This document shows positions 1 to 10,236 of a DNA stretch of 36,627 nucleotides, one piece after another. A model generated the notes under the pieces. It saw only the letters and a list, made by a program, of their open reading frames with translations. It did not search any database and was not told where the DNA came from. Every line of letters starts with the position of its first letter. Within the stretch, counting starts at the first letter, position 1. Position numbers and translations under genes: made by a program. Source of the stretch: a virus (taxonomy: Duplodnaviria; Caudoviricetes); the IMG/VR virus record IMGVR_UViG_3300032212_000080, positions 1 to 36,627 of that record, one strand, 5' to 3'.

Positions 1-127
1 GCGGCGTGGCTGTAACCAGCACGGCGGCGGAACTGAACATCCTCGACGGTGTGACAAGCACCGCTGCCGAGTTGAATATCCTTGATGGTGTCACTAGCAG
101 CGCGGGGGAATTGAACCTGCTGGACGG
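1..127. repeat. 127-bp terminal direct repeat identical to 36501-36627 (circularisation overlap)
   Basis: gcggcgtggctgtaacc...ctgctggacgg is present at both ends and falls mid-gene. 127 is a common assembler k-mer. Confidence 0.95.
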
Positions 128-704
128 CGTGACGTGGACGCTGACCGACTACAACACGCTGACATCCACGGCTGCCGAGTTGAACCTTCTGGACGGCCTG
201 ATGGCCGTTTCGGGGGCCGATCTAACGATTGTCACTGGCACGGCTGGCACCGATGGAAACCTTGTGCAGTGGAATGTTGACGGGGACATCGTGGACGGCC
301 CGGACGTTCTGGATGAAGACGACATGGCGTCCGATAGTGCGGCGGCGGTGCCAACGCAGCAGAGTGTGAAGGCTTATGTTGACGGCCTTACTGGCGCGCG
401 CGTTCTTGCTTGGGCTGTTTTCAACGGAACCGGCACCCCTGCCGCTTCGTCCAGCTATAATATCGCGTCGATCACAGATAATGGAACGGGTGATTATACG
501 CTGAATTTCAGCACGGCGATTGGGTCTACGGATTATGTTGTCCAGGTCACGGTAGGCAAGCGGTCTAATAACAGATCGGTTTTCGGCCATGTCGGCACGC
601 AAGCGAGTGGCTCGGCGCAAATCCTTGTTATGGCAAACGCATCGGAGTCTGGCGTTCCAACCGCTTACGACCATGACGTTATTCATGTAACTGTGATAGG
701 CTAA
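1..704 (+). CDS. Tail fibre protein, 3' part (starts at 36341 across the junction; 287 aa total)
   Basis: In frame with the ATG at 36341. Has TSTAAELNILDGV repeats, an S..AVPTQQSVKAYVD fibre motif and a C-terminal AWAVFNG...SSYNIASITDNGTGDYTLNF domain. Confidence 0.8.
   Translation, partial: GVAVTSTAAELNILDGVTSTAAELNILDGVTSSAGELNLLDGVTWTLTDYNTLTSTAAELNLLDGLMAVSGADLTIVTGTAGTDGNLVQWNVDGDIVDGPDVLDEDDMASDSAAAVPTQQSVKAYVDGLTGARVLAWAVFNGTGTPAASSSYNIASITDNGTGDYTLNFSTAIGSTDYVVQVTVGKRSNNRSVFGHVGTQASGSAQILVMANASESGVPTAYDHDVIHVTVIG
15..198 (+). repeat. Coding repeat of about 39 bp (TSTAAELN[IL]LDG), 3 tandem copies plus 1 spaced copy
   Basis: Visible in both DNA and protein. Confidence 0.85.
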
Positions 705-2179
705 TGCTTATTCCGCTGGATATTCCGCCGGGCGTGAAGCGCGGGGGCACTGAATACCAGAGCGCAGGGCGTTGGCGCGATGCTTCGCTTGTGCGATGGA
801 CGGATGGCACCATGCAGCCAATTGGCGGATGGGTTGCTCGGACAGCTTCAACGCTCGGAGCGGCTTGTCGTGGCGCGCTGGCGTGGTCTGACAATAGCGC
901 GGATCGGCGTATCGCGTTTGGAACATACAGCAACCTTTACGTTCTTTCGGCATCGGGGACGCTTTCTGACATTACGCCTGCGGGCTTTACATCTGGCAGC
1001 GCGGATGCTTCGGCCAATCTTGGTTATGGCGGTGGCTTTTATGGCGCGGGGGCTTACGGGACGCAGCGCGCGGACACGGGGTCGCTGTCCGATCCCACCA
1101 CGTGGTCTTTGGATACTTGGGGCGAATATCTCATTGCGGCGACGGCTGACGATGGCGTGATATACGAATGGACGCTTGACGCGGGCGTGTTGCCAACGGC
1201 TATCAGCAATGCACCAACCAGCGTTAGCGGCGCGTTCGTAACGGACGAGCGGTTCCTGGTGGCGCTTGGCGCTGGTGGTGATCCGCGCAAGGTCCAATGG
1301 TCAGACCGCGAAGACAACACCACATGGACGGCGGCGGCAACAAACGAGGCGGGCGATTTTGAGCTGAAAAGCGCGGGGGAATTAAAGAAGGGCATTCGCT
1401 GTCGTGGGCAATCTCTTCTGCTGTCTACGCTGGACGCGCACACGATGACCTATGTCGGCCCGCCATTCGTTTACAGCTTTGAGCGCGTGGGCGAGAGTTG
1501 CGGCGTTCTTGGACCGAAAGCGGCGGTTCCTGTGGATGGTGGCGCTTATTGGATGGGGCGGCGGTCGTTTTATCGGTTCTTCGGTGGTGGGGTTGAGGAA
1601 ATCCCAAGCGAAGTTGCTGACTATGTGTTCACCAACCTGAACACGTCGCAAGGCGGCAAGGTCTACGCAGTCAACAATGCGCAGTATAGTGAGGTCTGGT
1701 GGTTCTACCCGTCCACGGAATCAAACGAGTGTGACAGTTATGTCGCTTACAACTGGCAAACGGGCGTTTGGATGATCGGCAGCATGGCGCGCAGCGCTGG
1801 TGTTGATCGTGGCGTCTTTGCGGCACCTGTTTGGGTCGCGCCTACGGGTGAAATATATAACCACGAAATCGGAAACCTTTACGATAGCGGGGACGTGTTT
1901 GCGGAAAGCGGGCCTATCAGTTTCGGGAATGGTGACGGGGTTGTCGTGGCAACATCGCTTATCCCGGATGAAAAGACGCAGGGCGAATGCAGCGTGAAGT
2001 TCAAGACGCGCTTTCACCCCAACGATACAGAGCGCGAATATGGCAGCTATAGCATGGCTACGCCAACTGACGTGCGGTTCACGGGGCGGCAAGTCAGGAT
2101 GCGCGTAACGGGGGCTGAGGGGGTTTCTTGGCGGTGGGGCATTCCACGGCTTGAGGCGCGGCGGGGGGGGCGGCGATGA
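704..2179 (+). CDS. Podovirus tail nozzle / tail tubular B-like stabilisation protein
   Basis: 491 aa, beta-rich, WSD.E..T.W motif, positioned between fibre and ejection genes. Confidence 0.7.
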   Translation: MLIPLDIPPGVKRGGTEYQSAGRWRDASLVRWTDGTMQPIGGWVARTASTLGAACRGALAWSDNSADRRIAFGTYSNLYVLSASGTLSDITPAGFTSGSADASANLGYGGGFYGAGAYGTQRADTGSLSDPTTWSLDTWGEYLIAATADDGVIYEWTLDAGVLPTAISNAPTSVSGAFVTDERFLVALGAGGDPRKVQWSDREDNTTWTAAATNEAGDFELKSAGELKKGIRCRGQSLLLSTLDAHTMTYVGPPFVYSFERVGESCGVLGPKAAVPVDGGAYWMGRRSFYRFFGGGVEEIPSEVADYVFTNLNTSQGGKVYAVNNAQYSEVWWFYPSTESNECDSYVAYNWQTGVWMIGSMARSAGVDRGVFAAPVWVAPTGEIYNHEIGNLYDSGDVFAESGPISFGNGDGVVVATSLIPDEKTQGECSVKFKTRFHPNDTEREYGSYSMATPTDVRFTGRQVRMRVTGAEGVSWRWGIPRLEARRGGRR

Positions 2180-3222
2180 GGCTGCAAAACCCGGCACCGA
2201 GTTACAACCGAGCGCAAGAACTTGAGCGCAACAGAACGCTTGAACTGGCGGACACGCAAAACCACAAGCGCGGGCAAGATATCGAGGTAGGCGGCAACGA
2301 CGAGCGGCTTATCCTGACGGATGATAACGGCATTCGGTATGAGGTTTACGTTGACACGTCCGGGGCTTTGCAGGTCGCTATCATAGGAGGCGCACTGGTG
2401 CCCAATGACTTCAACGTGCAGATGGCCGAGGCCGAGATTCTGGACACGTATGGCGATACTGTGTCTGTCACGGCAAAAAAGAAAAGCCTGCACAAATTCG
2501 GTGCAAACGAGACCGTTGGAACGTCATTCGAGACGGTCGCGCAATTTCAAGGCACCACGGCAAACGAAACGTATGTGTCAACCAACATCATTGACAGCGT
2601 GGTTTCCAGCAGCGGCAGCGATACGCAGACAATCACCATCGAGGGGCACACGATTGATGGCAGTGGCAACCTGACGTTCGTTTCTCAGGACGCCACGCTA
2701 ACCGGACAAACAGAGGTAACGCTAACAACGCCTCTGGCCCGCGCTAACCGCATGTTTATCGCGGCCAGCGGCACGTTTGACAGCCCGCAGGCGGCAGCGG
2801 CAGGCAATATCTCGGTATACGATAATACGGCAGGCATAACGTCCGGCGTTCCGAACACGGCAGCGGCGACTAAGTGCATGATAATTGCGGGCGAGGCGCA
2901 AAGCCAAAAATGTGCAACGTCTATTTCTTCGACCGATTACTTGATCGTCACAGGCATTGAGGCGCATGTCGGGGAGGGTGGCGGCTCTGCTGCATACGTG
3001 CTTGTCAGGCTTGAAAAGCGGGATGTATTTAACGGCGGCGTTTGGGTTCCGGTCGGGAATGATATCACTGTGGTGATTGACACAACGTCACCGAGTTCAT
3101 CTAGCCCGCTGCCTTATTTGATTGTCCCCAAGAACCATGACGTGCGGGTGCGGGCGAAAACAAACGCGAACACTGCGGACTTACATGCAGAAATCAGCGG
3201 CTTTCTGGCGGCCATCCAATGA
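2176..3222 (+). CDS. Virion structural protein, apparent two-domain fusion
   Basis: ATGA overlap with the upstream gene. Thr/Ser/Gly-rich. Internal AGGAGG followed by an in-frame GTG at 2398. Confidence 0.6.
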   Translation: MRLQNPAPSYNRAQELERNRTLELADTQNHKRGQDIEVGGNDERLILTDDNGIRYEVYVDTSGALQVAIIGGALVPNDFNVQMAEAEILDTYGDTVSVTAKKKSLHKFGANETVGTSFETVAQFQGTTANETYVSTNIIDSVVSSSGSDTQTITIEGHTIDGSGNLTFVSQDATLTGQTEVTLTTPLARANRMFIAASGTFDSPQAAAAGNISVYDNTAGITSGVPNTAAATKCMIIAGEAQSQKCATSISSTDYLIVTGIEAHVGEGGGSAAYVLVRLEKRDVFNGGVWVPVGNDITVVIDTTSPSSSSPLPYLIVPKNHDVRVRAKTNANTADLHAEISGFLAAIQ

Positions 3223-3575
3223 TGTTCGATGAATTGATACGGTGCCGTCCTTGGATCGAGGCGGCGTTAGTCTATAGCGGCGGAACGCACACCTTTGACG
3301 ACATAGCCAAAGGCGTTCTTGAGGGGCGTTTCAGGCTTTGGGAGCGCCCCAATGGCTGCGCTATAACGGAGTTCGTGCAGTTCCCCCGTAAGCGCGTCCT
3401 GAACGTGTTTCTGGCGGGCGGTGACATGCAGGTCATCAAGGATTTGGAGGCCCCGGCGCTGGAATATGCGCGGGCCAACGGCTGCCAAGCCGTAACCCTC
3501 GCGGGCCGTAAAGGCTGGTCGCGGGCGTTGCCGCATTGGGTAACCAAGCACGTATCAATGGAGATAAGCACATGA
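3219..3575 (+). CDS. GNAT-like small protein preceding the ejection genes
   Basis: LNVFLAGG...YARANGCQAVTLAGRKGWSR motif and its position in the podovirus tail module. Confidence 0.65.
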   Translation: MMFDELIRCRPWIEAALVYSGGTHTFDDIAKGVLEGRFRLWERPNGCAITEFVQFPRKRVLNVFLAGGDMQVIKDLEAPALEYARANGCQAVTLAGRKGWSRALPHWVTKHVSMEIST

Positions 3576-4264
3576 GTGGCGGCGGCAAGGGCGGAAGTCA
3601 AACGACATCGGTTGCAATTCCGGGGTGGGTTCAGGACGCGGCGCAGAACAGTCTGGCGCGCGCTGACGAAATCTCGCAGATCGGATACACGCCGTATTAT
3701 GGCCCGGATGTGGCGGCATTTCAGCCCGCGCAAAACGCGGCATTCCAGAATACGGCGAACGCGGCGGGGGCCTTCGGAATGCAAGGCGCAATGCCGAACA
3801 TGCCAGCGCCGCAGGAGTTCGCGCCGGGGGTTCAGGGCTATTCCAGTGCGCCGATCCTGGAAGCGGCGATGAATGAATTGCAAATCCGGCGACCGGGCCA
3901 ATACGACGCGATCACTGGCATGTTCATTGATCCGGTGACGGGCACGTCGCCTACGGGCGGCTTCGGATCTGGCAACAGTAATGTTGGATATTCGGATCGC
4001 GGCAACCCTTATCGGGAGTCCGATTGGCAGGGTGGCAATCAGGACCACAACGAACCTGCTGGGAGCGGTAAATTCGCAGGTTCCGGCGGCGGTGGGTTCG
4101 GCCCGTTCCGCGATGGCGGCGTCTTTGGCAATGGCGGGTTTTTCGATGATACGCAATTTGATCTTGGCTTGATTGATGGCGACGGGCGCTTGGGTGGTAT
4201 TGGCCGCGCGTTTAACGGCGGTAAAGCCCGTGATGGCGGCGGCAATGGCGGGGGGGGCAAGTAA
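3572..4264 (+). CDS. Ejection (internal virion) protein 1
   Basis: Starts MSGGGKGGSQTTS with an ATGA overlap. IPGW...YTPYYGPDVAAF motif, Gly-rich. Confidence 0.6.
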   Translation: MSGGGKGGSQTTSVAIPGWVQDAAQNSLARADEISQIGYTPYYGPDVAAFQPAQNAAFQNTANAAGAFGMQGAMPNMPAPQEFAPGVQGYSSAPILEAAMNELQIRRPGQYDAITGMFIDPVTGTSPTGGFGSGNSNVGYSDRGNPYRESDWQGGNQDHNEPAGSGKFAGSGGGGFGPFRDGGVFGNGGFFDDTQFDLGLIDGDGRLGGIGRAFNGGKARDGGGNGGGGK

Positions 4265-4954
4265 ATGGCTGGTGGTGGACAAAACGTCTTTGACGCAAGT
4301 GCCCAAGGCCTTGGGGCAGCAGGTGCAGCAACGGCAGGTGGGCTAGGGTTTAACCCTGGGTCACTGCAAGGGGCTGATATCGGGGCATATCAGAACCCCT
4401 ATACAGATCAGGTTGTGAATACTGGGCTGAACGATATCAACCGCTCTCGGCAAATGGCGATCAACGATATCGGTGCGGCGGCAACGTCTGCGGGCGCGTT
4501 TGGCGGGTCACGTCTTGGCGTGGCGGAAGCCTTGACCAATGAGGGATTTGCCAATCAGGCGGCGCAATTCGCAGGGCAGCAGAGGCAGGCTGGGTTCAAC
4601 AATGCGCAACAGGGTGCAATATTTGACATCAATAGCCGCATGGGGGCCAACCAACAGAGGTTGCAGGCGGCAAATCAGCTTGCGGGTCAGGCCGGTCAAG
4701 CGTTTGGTATGGGTAGGCAGCTAAACAATGACCAAATGTCTCAAGGCCTTCTTCAGCAGGCATTGCAACAACAGCTTATCGATGCGGGGCGTGGACAATA
4801 CGCAGGGTTTACGGATGCGCCGCAGAACGCGCTGAACCTGCCTTTGGCAGCCCTTGGGGCGATTCCGAGCGGCGGCGGCAGCACGACAAAGACAAAATCA
4901 AATCCAGGCCTTTTGAGCTACTTGCAGCTCGGCGCTGGCTTATTGGGGGCTTGA
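4265..4954 (+). CDS. Ejection (DNA transfer) protein 2
   Basis: YQNPY..QVV and GAFGGSR motifs, Gln/Ala/Gly-rich, hydrophobic C-terminus. Confidence 0.65.
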   Translation: MAGGGQNVFDASAQGLGAAGAATAGGLGFNPGSLQGADIGAYQNPYTDQVVNTGLNDINRSRQMAINDIGAAATSAGAFGGSRLGVAEALTNEGFANQAAQFAGQQRQAGFNNAQQGAIFDINSRMGANQQRLQAANQLAGQAGQAFGMGRQLNNDQMSQGLLQQALQQQLIDAGRGQYAGFTDAPQNALNLPLAALGAIPSGGGSTTKTKSNPGLLSYLQLGAGLLGA

Positions 4955-4957
4955 AGA

Positions 4958-6025
4958 ATGGCGATTTCACCGCGATTGAAAAGTGGCAACCAAACATCCG
5001 CATGGCTTCGGGCGCAGGGCCAAACCGCCTTGGCCGACAAGGTTGACAGGTCCGAGATCACCGCCGCAGACGCAATGTCCATGTTGCAGCGCATGGATGG
5101 GCGGTATGTTGAGCAACAGCCTCAATTTGGGCAGGAGGCATTTGACGGCCCGACAATCGGCCCTATTGGCCTGCCGAACGAAGCCAACGCCCTGCCGCGC
5201 ATTCGCGGCGCGCAGGGGCTGCTACAGCAGGACATGGCATCACCGCAGGGCTTACCCCAAGCAGGTATTGCGGCACCGGCCCCGCAAGGCCAAGGTATGC
5301 GCCTGCCGTCTGCGGCTGCGGCACAGTTCAGGAACATGACGCCGCAAGATCAACAACGCTTTATGCAGGGTGTTCAAGGCGGACTTTCGCCGAATGAAGC
5401 GATGCAGCCGGAAGGGTTTCTGCCGTATGACCCGATGCAGGATCAGGGCGCTTTTGGTGGGCCTGAACGGATAATGCCTGCGCAGATGCAGATATCAGGC
5501 GGGGCCGGAAACGACACTCTTGCGGGGCAGGCGTCATCGGATGCGCTGGACATCGATACTGGCGCAGGTGTTGTGGGTCTTAATGCGCGTTTGTTTGAAT
5601 CCCGCGCGGCAGGTTACGCGCTTCGGAGCCAAGCAAGCCACGAAATAATCTCAGATCTGGAAGATCAAGGCACCGAGTTTTGGTCAAATCAAGCGGACCT
5701 GTTGCCATTTGGCGCAGGTAATTATCTGGTCGATAGCGAATTCCAGATGTATGATCAGGCGCGGCGCGATTTCATCAACGCGGTTTTGCGCCGTGAGTCT
5801 GGCGCAGTTATTGCCGAGTCGGAGTTTGAAAGCGGTAACAGGCAGTATTTCCCGCAACCCGGCGACAGCCCCGAAGTGATTGCGCAAAAACGGGTTAATC
5901 GTGAGAACTCTATAAGATCAATGCGCCTTGAATCTGGCCGCGCGATTGATGCTTTGCCAGCTATGGGCGGGGTTGCAACGCTTCGATATAATCCAGAAAC
6001 TGGCCAATTGGAGCAGATACAATGA
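4958..6025 (+). CDS. Ejection protein 3
   Basis: 355 aa with FINAVLRRESGAVI...YFPQPGD..EVIAQKR, a motif typical of podovirus ejection proteins. Confidence 0.6.
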   Translation: MAISPRLKSGNQTSAWLRAQGQTALADKVDRSEITAADAMSMLQRMDGRYVEQQPQFGQEAFDGPTIGPIGLPNEANALPRIRGAQGLLQQDMASPQGLPQAGIAAPAPQGQGMRLPSAAAAQFRNMTPQDQQRFMQGVQGGLSPNEAMQPEGFLPYDPMQDQGAFGGPERIMPAQMQISGGAGNDTLAGQASSDALDIDTGAGVVGLNARLFESRAAGYALRSQASHEIISDLEDQGTEFWSNQADLLPFGAGNYLVDSEFQMYDQARRDFINAVLRRESGAVIAESEFESGNRQYFPQPGDSPEVIAQKRVNRENSIRSMRLESGRAIDALPAMGGVATLRYNPETGQLEQIQ

Positions 6026-7788
6026 CGGTTGTTGTCGAATACAACGGTCAGAACATCGAGTTTCCAGATATTGAGACCGCTCAGGCATATATCGCCGCGC
6101 AAGAGAGGACGGCACCGGACGCTCCAGCCGTTCCGCAGTATGATCCGCCACAGACCGGGACCGCCGTGCCACCACGGCACCTAGACGCGCCACCGTTGCC
6201 GCAACAAGTAGAGGCCCCGCAACGGAGTCTAGGCCAAAATATTTACGAAAACGTGATTGGAAGCGGCGCAGCGGACACGCCCGGCGAACGTTTGGGTCAG
6301 TCAGTGCAGGAAATGGGTAGATCCTTTTTCCCAGGCGTTGCGCGTGGAACTGCTGAATTGGCTGGCATTCCCGGCACCCTAAGCGACCTTGCGGATATTC
6401 CGTTTGAGCGCATGGGGCTTTTGCCCGAAGTGCCCGGTGTTCCTAACGGTTCGCCTTTTTCCGGTTCTGCCTTGCGCGGGTATATGAGCGATGCAACTGG
6501 CGGCGCGACGGAATACAGGAGCGACACAACGGCAGGCCAATACGCCGGAACGATTGGTGAGTTTCTGCCGGGCGGCACTGGCGGGAGTGGTATGCGCGGG
6601 CTATTGGCTTATGGCGTTGTTCCCGGCGTTGCCTCAGAGTCTGCTGGACAACTAACCGAGGGCACATCTGTGGAGCCGTATGCCCGAGCGGCGGCGGCCA
6701 TCGGAACGTCAATTTTGGGTGGGCCTGCTATCGCGGGACGCCCATCATCCGCCGCGTCCAGCAGTATTCCGGCAGAGCGCCGCCGTCTTGTCGGGTTACT
6801 TGAGGATGCGGGTGTTCAGCCAACTGTAGGACAAGCGCGAGGGTCCAATCTATTGCGCAGGATGGAAGGCCGTGTTTCGCCGTCTGATGGACAGATATCT
6901 GACGTGACGGCAGCGGCGATGCGGTCAATCGGTAGCGACGTGACTGTGGCCACACCGGATGCGCTATCGTCGGCTGCAATGCGAATCGGGCGAGTTATGG
7001 ACGACGCCCTTGACGGCGTCTCCATCCGACCGACGGCACAGATGGCGCAAAGGGCAGACGGCATAGTTTCGCAATATATGGAAATGGCTCCTTCGGCAAC
7101 GGTTGTGCCGCGCGTGCGTGGCATTGCAAGCGAGATCACGGCGGCGACGGCACCGGGTGCCGCGCCCATTGATCTTAGCACCCTGCGCGTCTGGCGTTCT
7201 GCTTTAGGGCGCATGACTCAAAGTTCTGACGAAGCCACGCGAACTGCCGCAATAGATCTTCGCGCACTGATTGATGACACAACAGACGCTGCGCTGACTG
7301 CGGCAGGAAGGCAGGATGATCTGGCCGCGCTGGCAGCCGCGCGCGATCAATGGCGGAACTATCTTGCGATCAGTGATGCAGCCACTCGCGCCGGTAGCGA
7401 ATCCGGCGTTCTATCCCCAGCCGCACTTAATCAGGCCATCATTCGCACACAAGGCAGGCAGAACTACGCACTTGGTCGCGGGACCGACCTGATGGACCTA
7501 AGCCGCGCATCAGGGCAGGTGTTGCGTCCTTTGCCTACGGTTGAGGCTGGCGGCGTTCGCAGGCTTCCATACGTTGGCGAACTTGGTGCTGCATCCGCAG
7601 GCGCGGCGGGTGGTGCGTCTATGGCAGGACCAACCGGCGCAATAATTGGTGGCTTATTGGGTGCTGCGTCTCCGCCAATCGCGCAAGCCATGATGCGATC
7701 AAGAACCGTTCAATCCATTCTCAGCGATCCGACGCTTGCGACGGCAGTTGCCGCGCGGACAGCTCCCGGGCTTCTAGCCGGGCGCTAG
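6022..7788 (+). CDS. Ejection protein 4 (largest)
   Basis: 588 aa, Ala/Gly-rich and helical, last gene of the ejection cluster. Confidence 0.6.
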   Translation: MTVVVEYNGQNIEFPDIETAQAYIAAQERTAPDAPAVPQYDPPQTGTAVPPRHLDAPPLPQQVEAPQRSLGQNIYENVIGSGAADTPGERLGQSVQEMGRSFFPGVARGTAELAGIPGTLSDLADIPFERMGLLPEVPGVPNGSPFSGSALRGYMSDATGGATEYRSDTTAGQYAGTIGEFLPGGTGGSGMRGLLAYGVVPGVASESAGQLTEGTSVEPYARAAAAIGTSILGGPAIAGRPSSAASSSIPAERRRLVGLLEDAGVQPTVGQARGSNLLRRMEGRVSPSDGQISDVTAAAMRSIGSDVTVATPDALSSAAMRIGRVMDDALDGVSIRPTAQMAQRADGIVSQYMEMAPSATVVPRVRGIASEITAATAPGAAPIDLSTLRVWRSALGRMTQSSDEATRTAAIDLRALIDDTTDAALTAAGRQDDLAALAAARDQWRNYLAISDAATRAGSESGVLSPAALNQAIIRTQGRQNYALGRGTDLMDLSRASGQVLRPLPTVEAGGVRRLPYVGELGAASAGAAGGASMAGPTGAIIGGLLGAASPPIAQAMMRSRTVQSILSDPTLATAVAARTAPGLLAGR

Positions 7789-7904
7789 GACGCGAGCGCA
7801 AATATAGTCGCACCGATAAACAGGATAAATCCTATAGCCGCCAGAACTAAAGCCAAGTGGACTGCGGCGACAAGGATTGCGGTCAATAAGTTTTCTTCTT
7901 CCAT
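7785..7904 (-). CDS. 39-aa membrane peptide, candidate superinfection-exclusion protein (not in the ORF track)
   Basis: MEEENLLTAILVAAVHLALVLAAIGFILFIGATIFALAS. Convergent with the ejection gene and has its own promoter. Confidence 0.6.
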   Translation of the reverse strand: MEEENLLTAILVAAVHLALVLAAIGFILFIGATIFALAS

Positions 7905-7911
7905 ACCGTCA

Positions 7912-7940
7912 AATATGGGCGGCTTTTTTACTTAATACAA
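7912..7940 (-). promoter_or_regulatory. Sigma70-like promoter for a leaderless mRNA
   Basis: TTGTAT-17bp-CATATT, then 7 nt, then the ATG at 7904. No Shine-Dalgarno sequence. Confidence 0.55.
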
Positions 7941-7950
7941 GGGGTGGCCT

Positions 7951-9972
7951 ATGGCAAAGCCCATGAACGACGACCAGATTCAAGCCCTGGTCAAATCCGC
8001 CGTGGATGACGCCCGGTCTTGGATCGACGGGGATATCCAGCCGCAGCGCGTCAAGGCGCAGGATTACTATAATGGCAACGTCAGCTTTGCGGCAGAGGAA
8101 GGCCGGTCGAAAATCGTGGCCACGAAGTGCCGCGACGCAATCCGAGCGCTCAAGCCATCGATCATGCGGACGTTCCTGCAAACCAAGGCCGTGGAGTTCA
8201 TCCCGCGCAATGACGAGAGCGTCAAGAACGCGGAACACGCGACAGAATACGTTCATATTAAACTGGATCAGAACAACTTTTACCGCGTGTTTTCGGACGT
8301 GTTTCTTGATGCGGCGGTCAAGAAAACCGGCATTGCAAAGGCATATTACGACGAGGCCGAGCGGGTCGAGTTGCACGACTTTTCAAACCTTTCGACGGAA
8401 GAATTTGTCTTGCTGGTATCGCAGGACAACGTGGAGGTCGTGGAACACACCGAAAACGAGGACGGCACCCATGACCTGAAAGTCAGCGTCACGGACATGG
8501 ACGGCGATATTCGCGTGGTCAGCCTGCCGCCCGAGGAATTCTTTATCGACAGTGACGCGGTGTCGCTGGAACCCGGCGGCTTTTATGTCTGCGGGCAGGC
8601 AACCGAACGGCGCGTTGGCGATCTGGTCGAAATGGGCTTCGACCTAGATGATGTGGCCGACCTTGGAACCGAGGGCGACGACGAGGAAGCGCAACAGCGG
8701 GTCAATTACAACTCAGGCGATACGGACGGCGCGGACGATGTATCCATGCGCCCGGTTCTCGTAACCGAGGTTTACATGCGGATGGATATTGAGGGCACCG
8801 GCAAGCCGGTCCTTTATTCCTTCATCTGCGGTGGCCCGTCTTACAAGATTTTGCGCCGCGAGCCGGTGGGTGACGTGCCGTTTGCGTCCTTCGAGGTTGA
8901 CCCGGAGCCGCACACTTTTTTCGGAAAGTCGCTGGTCGAGCTGATCATGGCGGACCAGGACGTGGCGACATCGCTATTGCGCAGCGTGATTGACAACGTT
9001 GCAATGACCAACGTCCCGCGCGTGGCGTTCGACAAGAACACAGCGGACCAAGATGATGTGTTAAACAACGAAGTGGGCGGAGTAATCCGCACAGACGGAC
9101 CGCCGAGCAATTCCCTGATGGCGTTCCAAACCCCGTTTACCGCAGGCACGACCCTGCCCGCCTTGCAGTATTTTGACATGCAGGTCGAAAACAAGACCGG
9201 CGTTTCCCGCGCTAGCACCGGCATGGATCCCGACGCGCTGCAATCTACCACGGCAGCGGGCGTTAATGCGACGATTCAGGCCGCACAGGGGCAAGCGGAG
9301 GTCATCGCGCGCAACTTGGCAGAAGGCGGCATGACGCGGCTGTGTCAGATCATCCTGCGGCTCGCCATCAACCACGCCTCGGACATGGATCAGATCAGGG
9401 TGAACGGCACCACGATGCAGGTGCGACCGGGTTCATGGGATCCACGGATGGATATGACGGTCAACGTAGGCCTTGGCACCGGTCAGCAGGAACAGAAGGC
9501 GGCAACGCTTATGCAGGCTATGCAATGGCAGCAGATGCTTTGGCAGATGGGCGGCGGGCCTCAAAACGGGCTGGTGTCCATGACGCAAATCAGAAACACG
9601 CTGGCAGATCTTCTGAAACTTGGCGGCATTCAGAATGACGCCCGTTATTTCATGCCGATGGACCCGCAACGGGAACAGATGCTATTGCAACAGGCCGCAC
9701 AGTCGCAGCAAGGGCAGCAGGAAGGTAACCCGCTGGTTGATGCGGAAATGGTTCGCGCGCAAGCGAAGCTCATGGAAGCGCAGACAAACGCCGAAACCAA
9801 GGCGCAGCTTGAGCGCGAGAAAATGCGGATTGATGCCATGGCGAAGGCCGAGGAGGCCGACCGCAAACGCGACCAGATGGACCAGGATCTGTTGATCGAG
9901 GCAGCAAAGCAGTCCGGGAAAACCGTGCCGGTCGGCACTATCCAGGCGATGCAGCAGCGACCCCGGCAGTAA
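7951..9972 (+). CDS. Portal protein (P22/SU10-like)
   Basis: 673 aa, KTGIAKAYY, PPEEFFID and PHTFFGKSL motifs, Gln-rich coiled-coil C-terminus, upstream of scaffold and capsid. Confidence 0.9.
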   Translation: MAKPMNDDQIQALVKSAVDDARSWIDGDIQPQRVKAQDYYNGNVSFAAEEGRSKIVATKCRDAIRALKPSIMRTFLQTKAVEFIPRNDESVKNAEHATEYVHIKLDQNNFYRVFSDVFLDAAVKKTGIAKAYYDEAERVELHDFSNLSTEEFVLLVSQDNVEVVEHTENEDGTHDLKVSVTDMDGDIRVVSLPPEEFFIDSDAVSLEPGGFYVCGQATERRVGDLVEMGFDLDDVADLGTEGDDEEAQQRVNYNSGDTDGADDVSMRPVLVTEVYMRMDIEGTGKPVLYSFICGGPSYKILRREPVGDVPFASFEVDPEPHTFFGKSLVELIMADQDVATSLLRSVIDNVAMTNVPRVAFDKNTADQDDVLNNEVGGVIRTDGPPSNSLMAFQTPFTAGTTLPALQYFDMQVENKTGVSRASTGMDPDALQSTTAAGVNATIQAAQGQAEVIARNLAEGGMTRLCQIILRLAINHASDMDQIRVNGTTMQVRPGSWDPRMDMTVNVGLGTGQQEQKAATLMQAMQWQQMLWQMGGGPQNGLVSMTQIRNTLADLLKLGGIQNDARYFMPMDPQREQMLLQQAAQSQQGQQEGNPLVDAEMVRAQAKLMEAQTNAETKAQLEREKMRIDAMAKAEEADRKRDQMDQDLLIEAAKQSGKTVPVGTIQAMQQRPRQ

Positions 9973-9975
9973 CAC

Positions 9976-10236
9976 ATGGACACAAAGCAAAAAGCAACCC
10001 GCAATCAACGATTGTTGGACAGCGAAGCGTTTCAGGACGCCATCGCAGAGGTTCGTCAAGCGCAGATGGATGCGTTTGCGAAAAGCGGAGCGGACGATAC
10101 CGCCACCCGCGAAGAGGCGCACGCGATCTTGCGTGCATTGAGCAAAATCACTTCGGCACTGGAAGCACCCGTGAAGGACTCCCGGTTCGAAGAAATACAG
10201 AAGGAACGGCACCGTGAAAGCGACCGAACCAAGTGA
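9976..10236 (+). CDS. Small helical protein between portal and scaffold
   Basis: 86 aa, LLDSEAFQDAI...REEAH motif and conserved position. Confidence 0.65.
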   Translation: MDTKQKATRNQRLLDSEAFQDAIAEVRQAQMDAFAKSGADDTATREEAHAILRALSKITSALEAPVKDSRFEEIQKERHRESDRTK

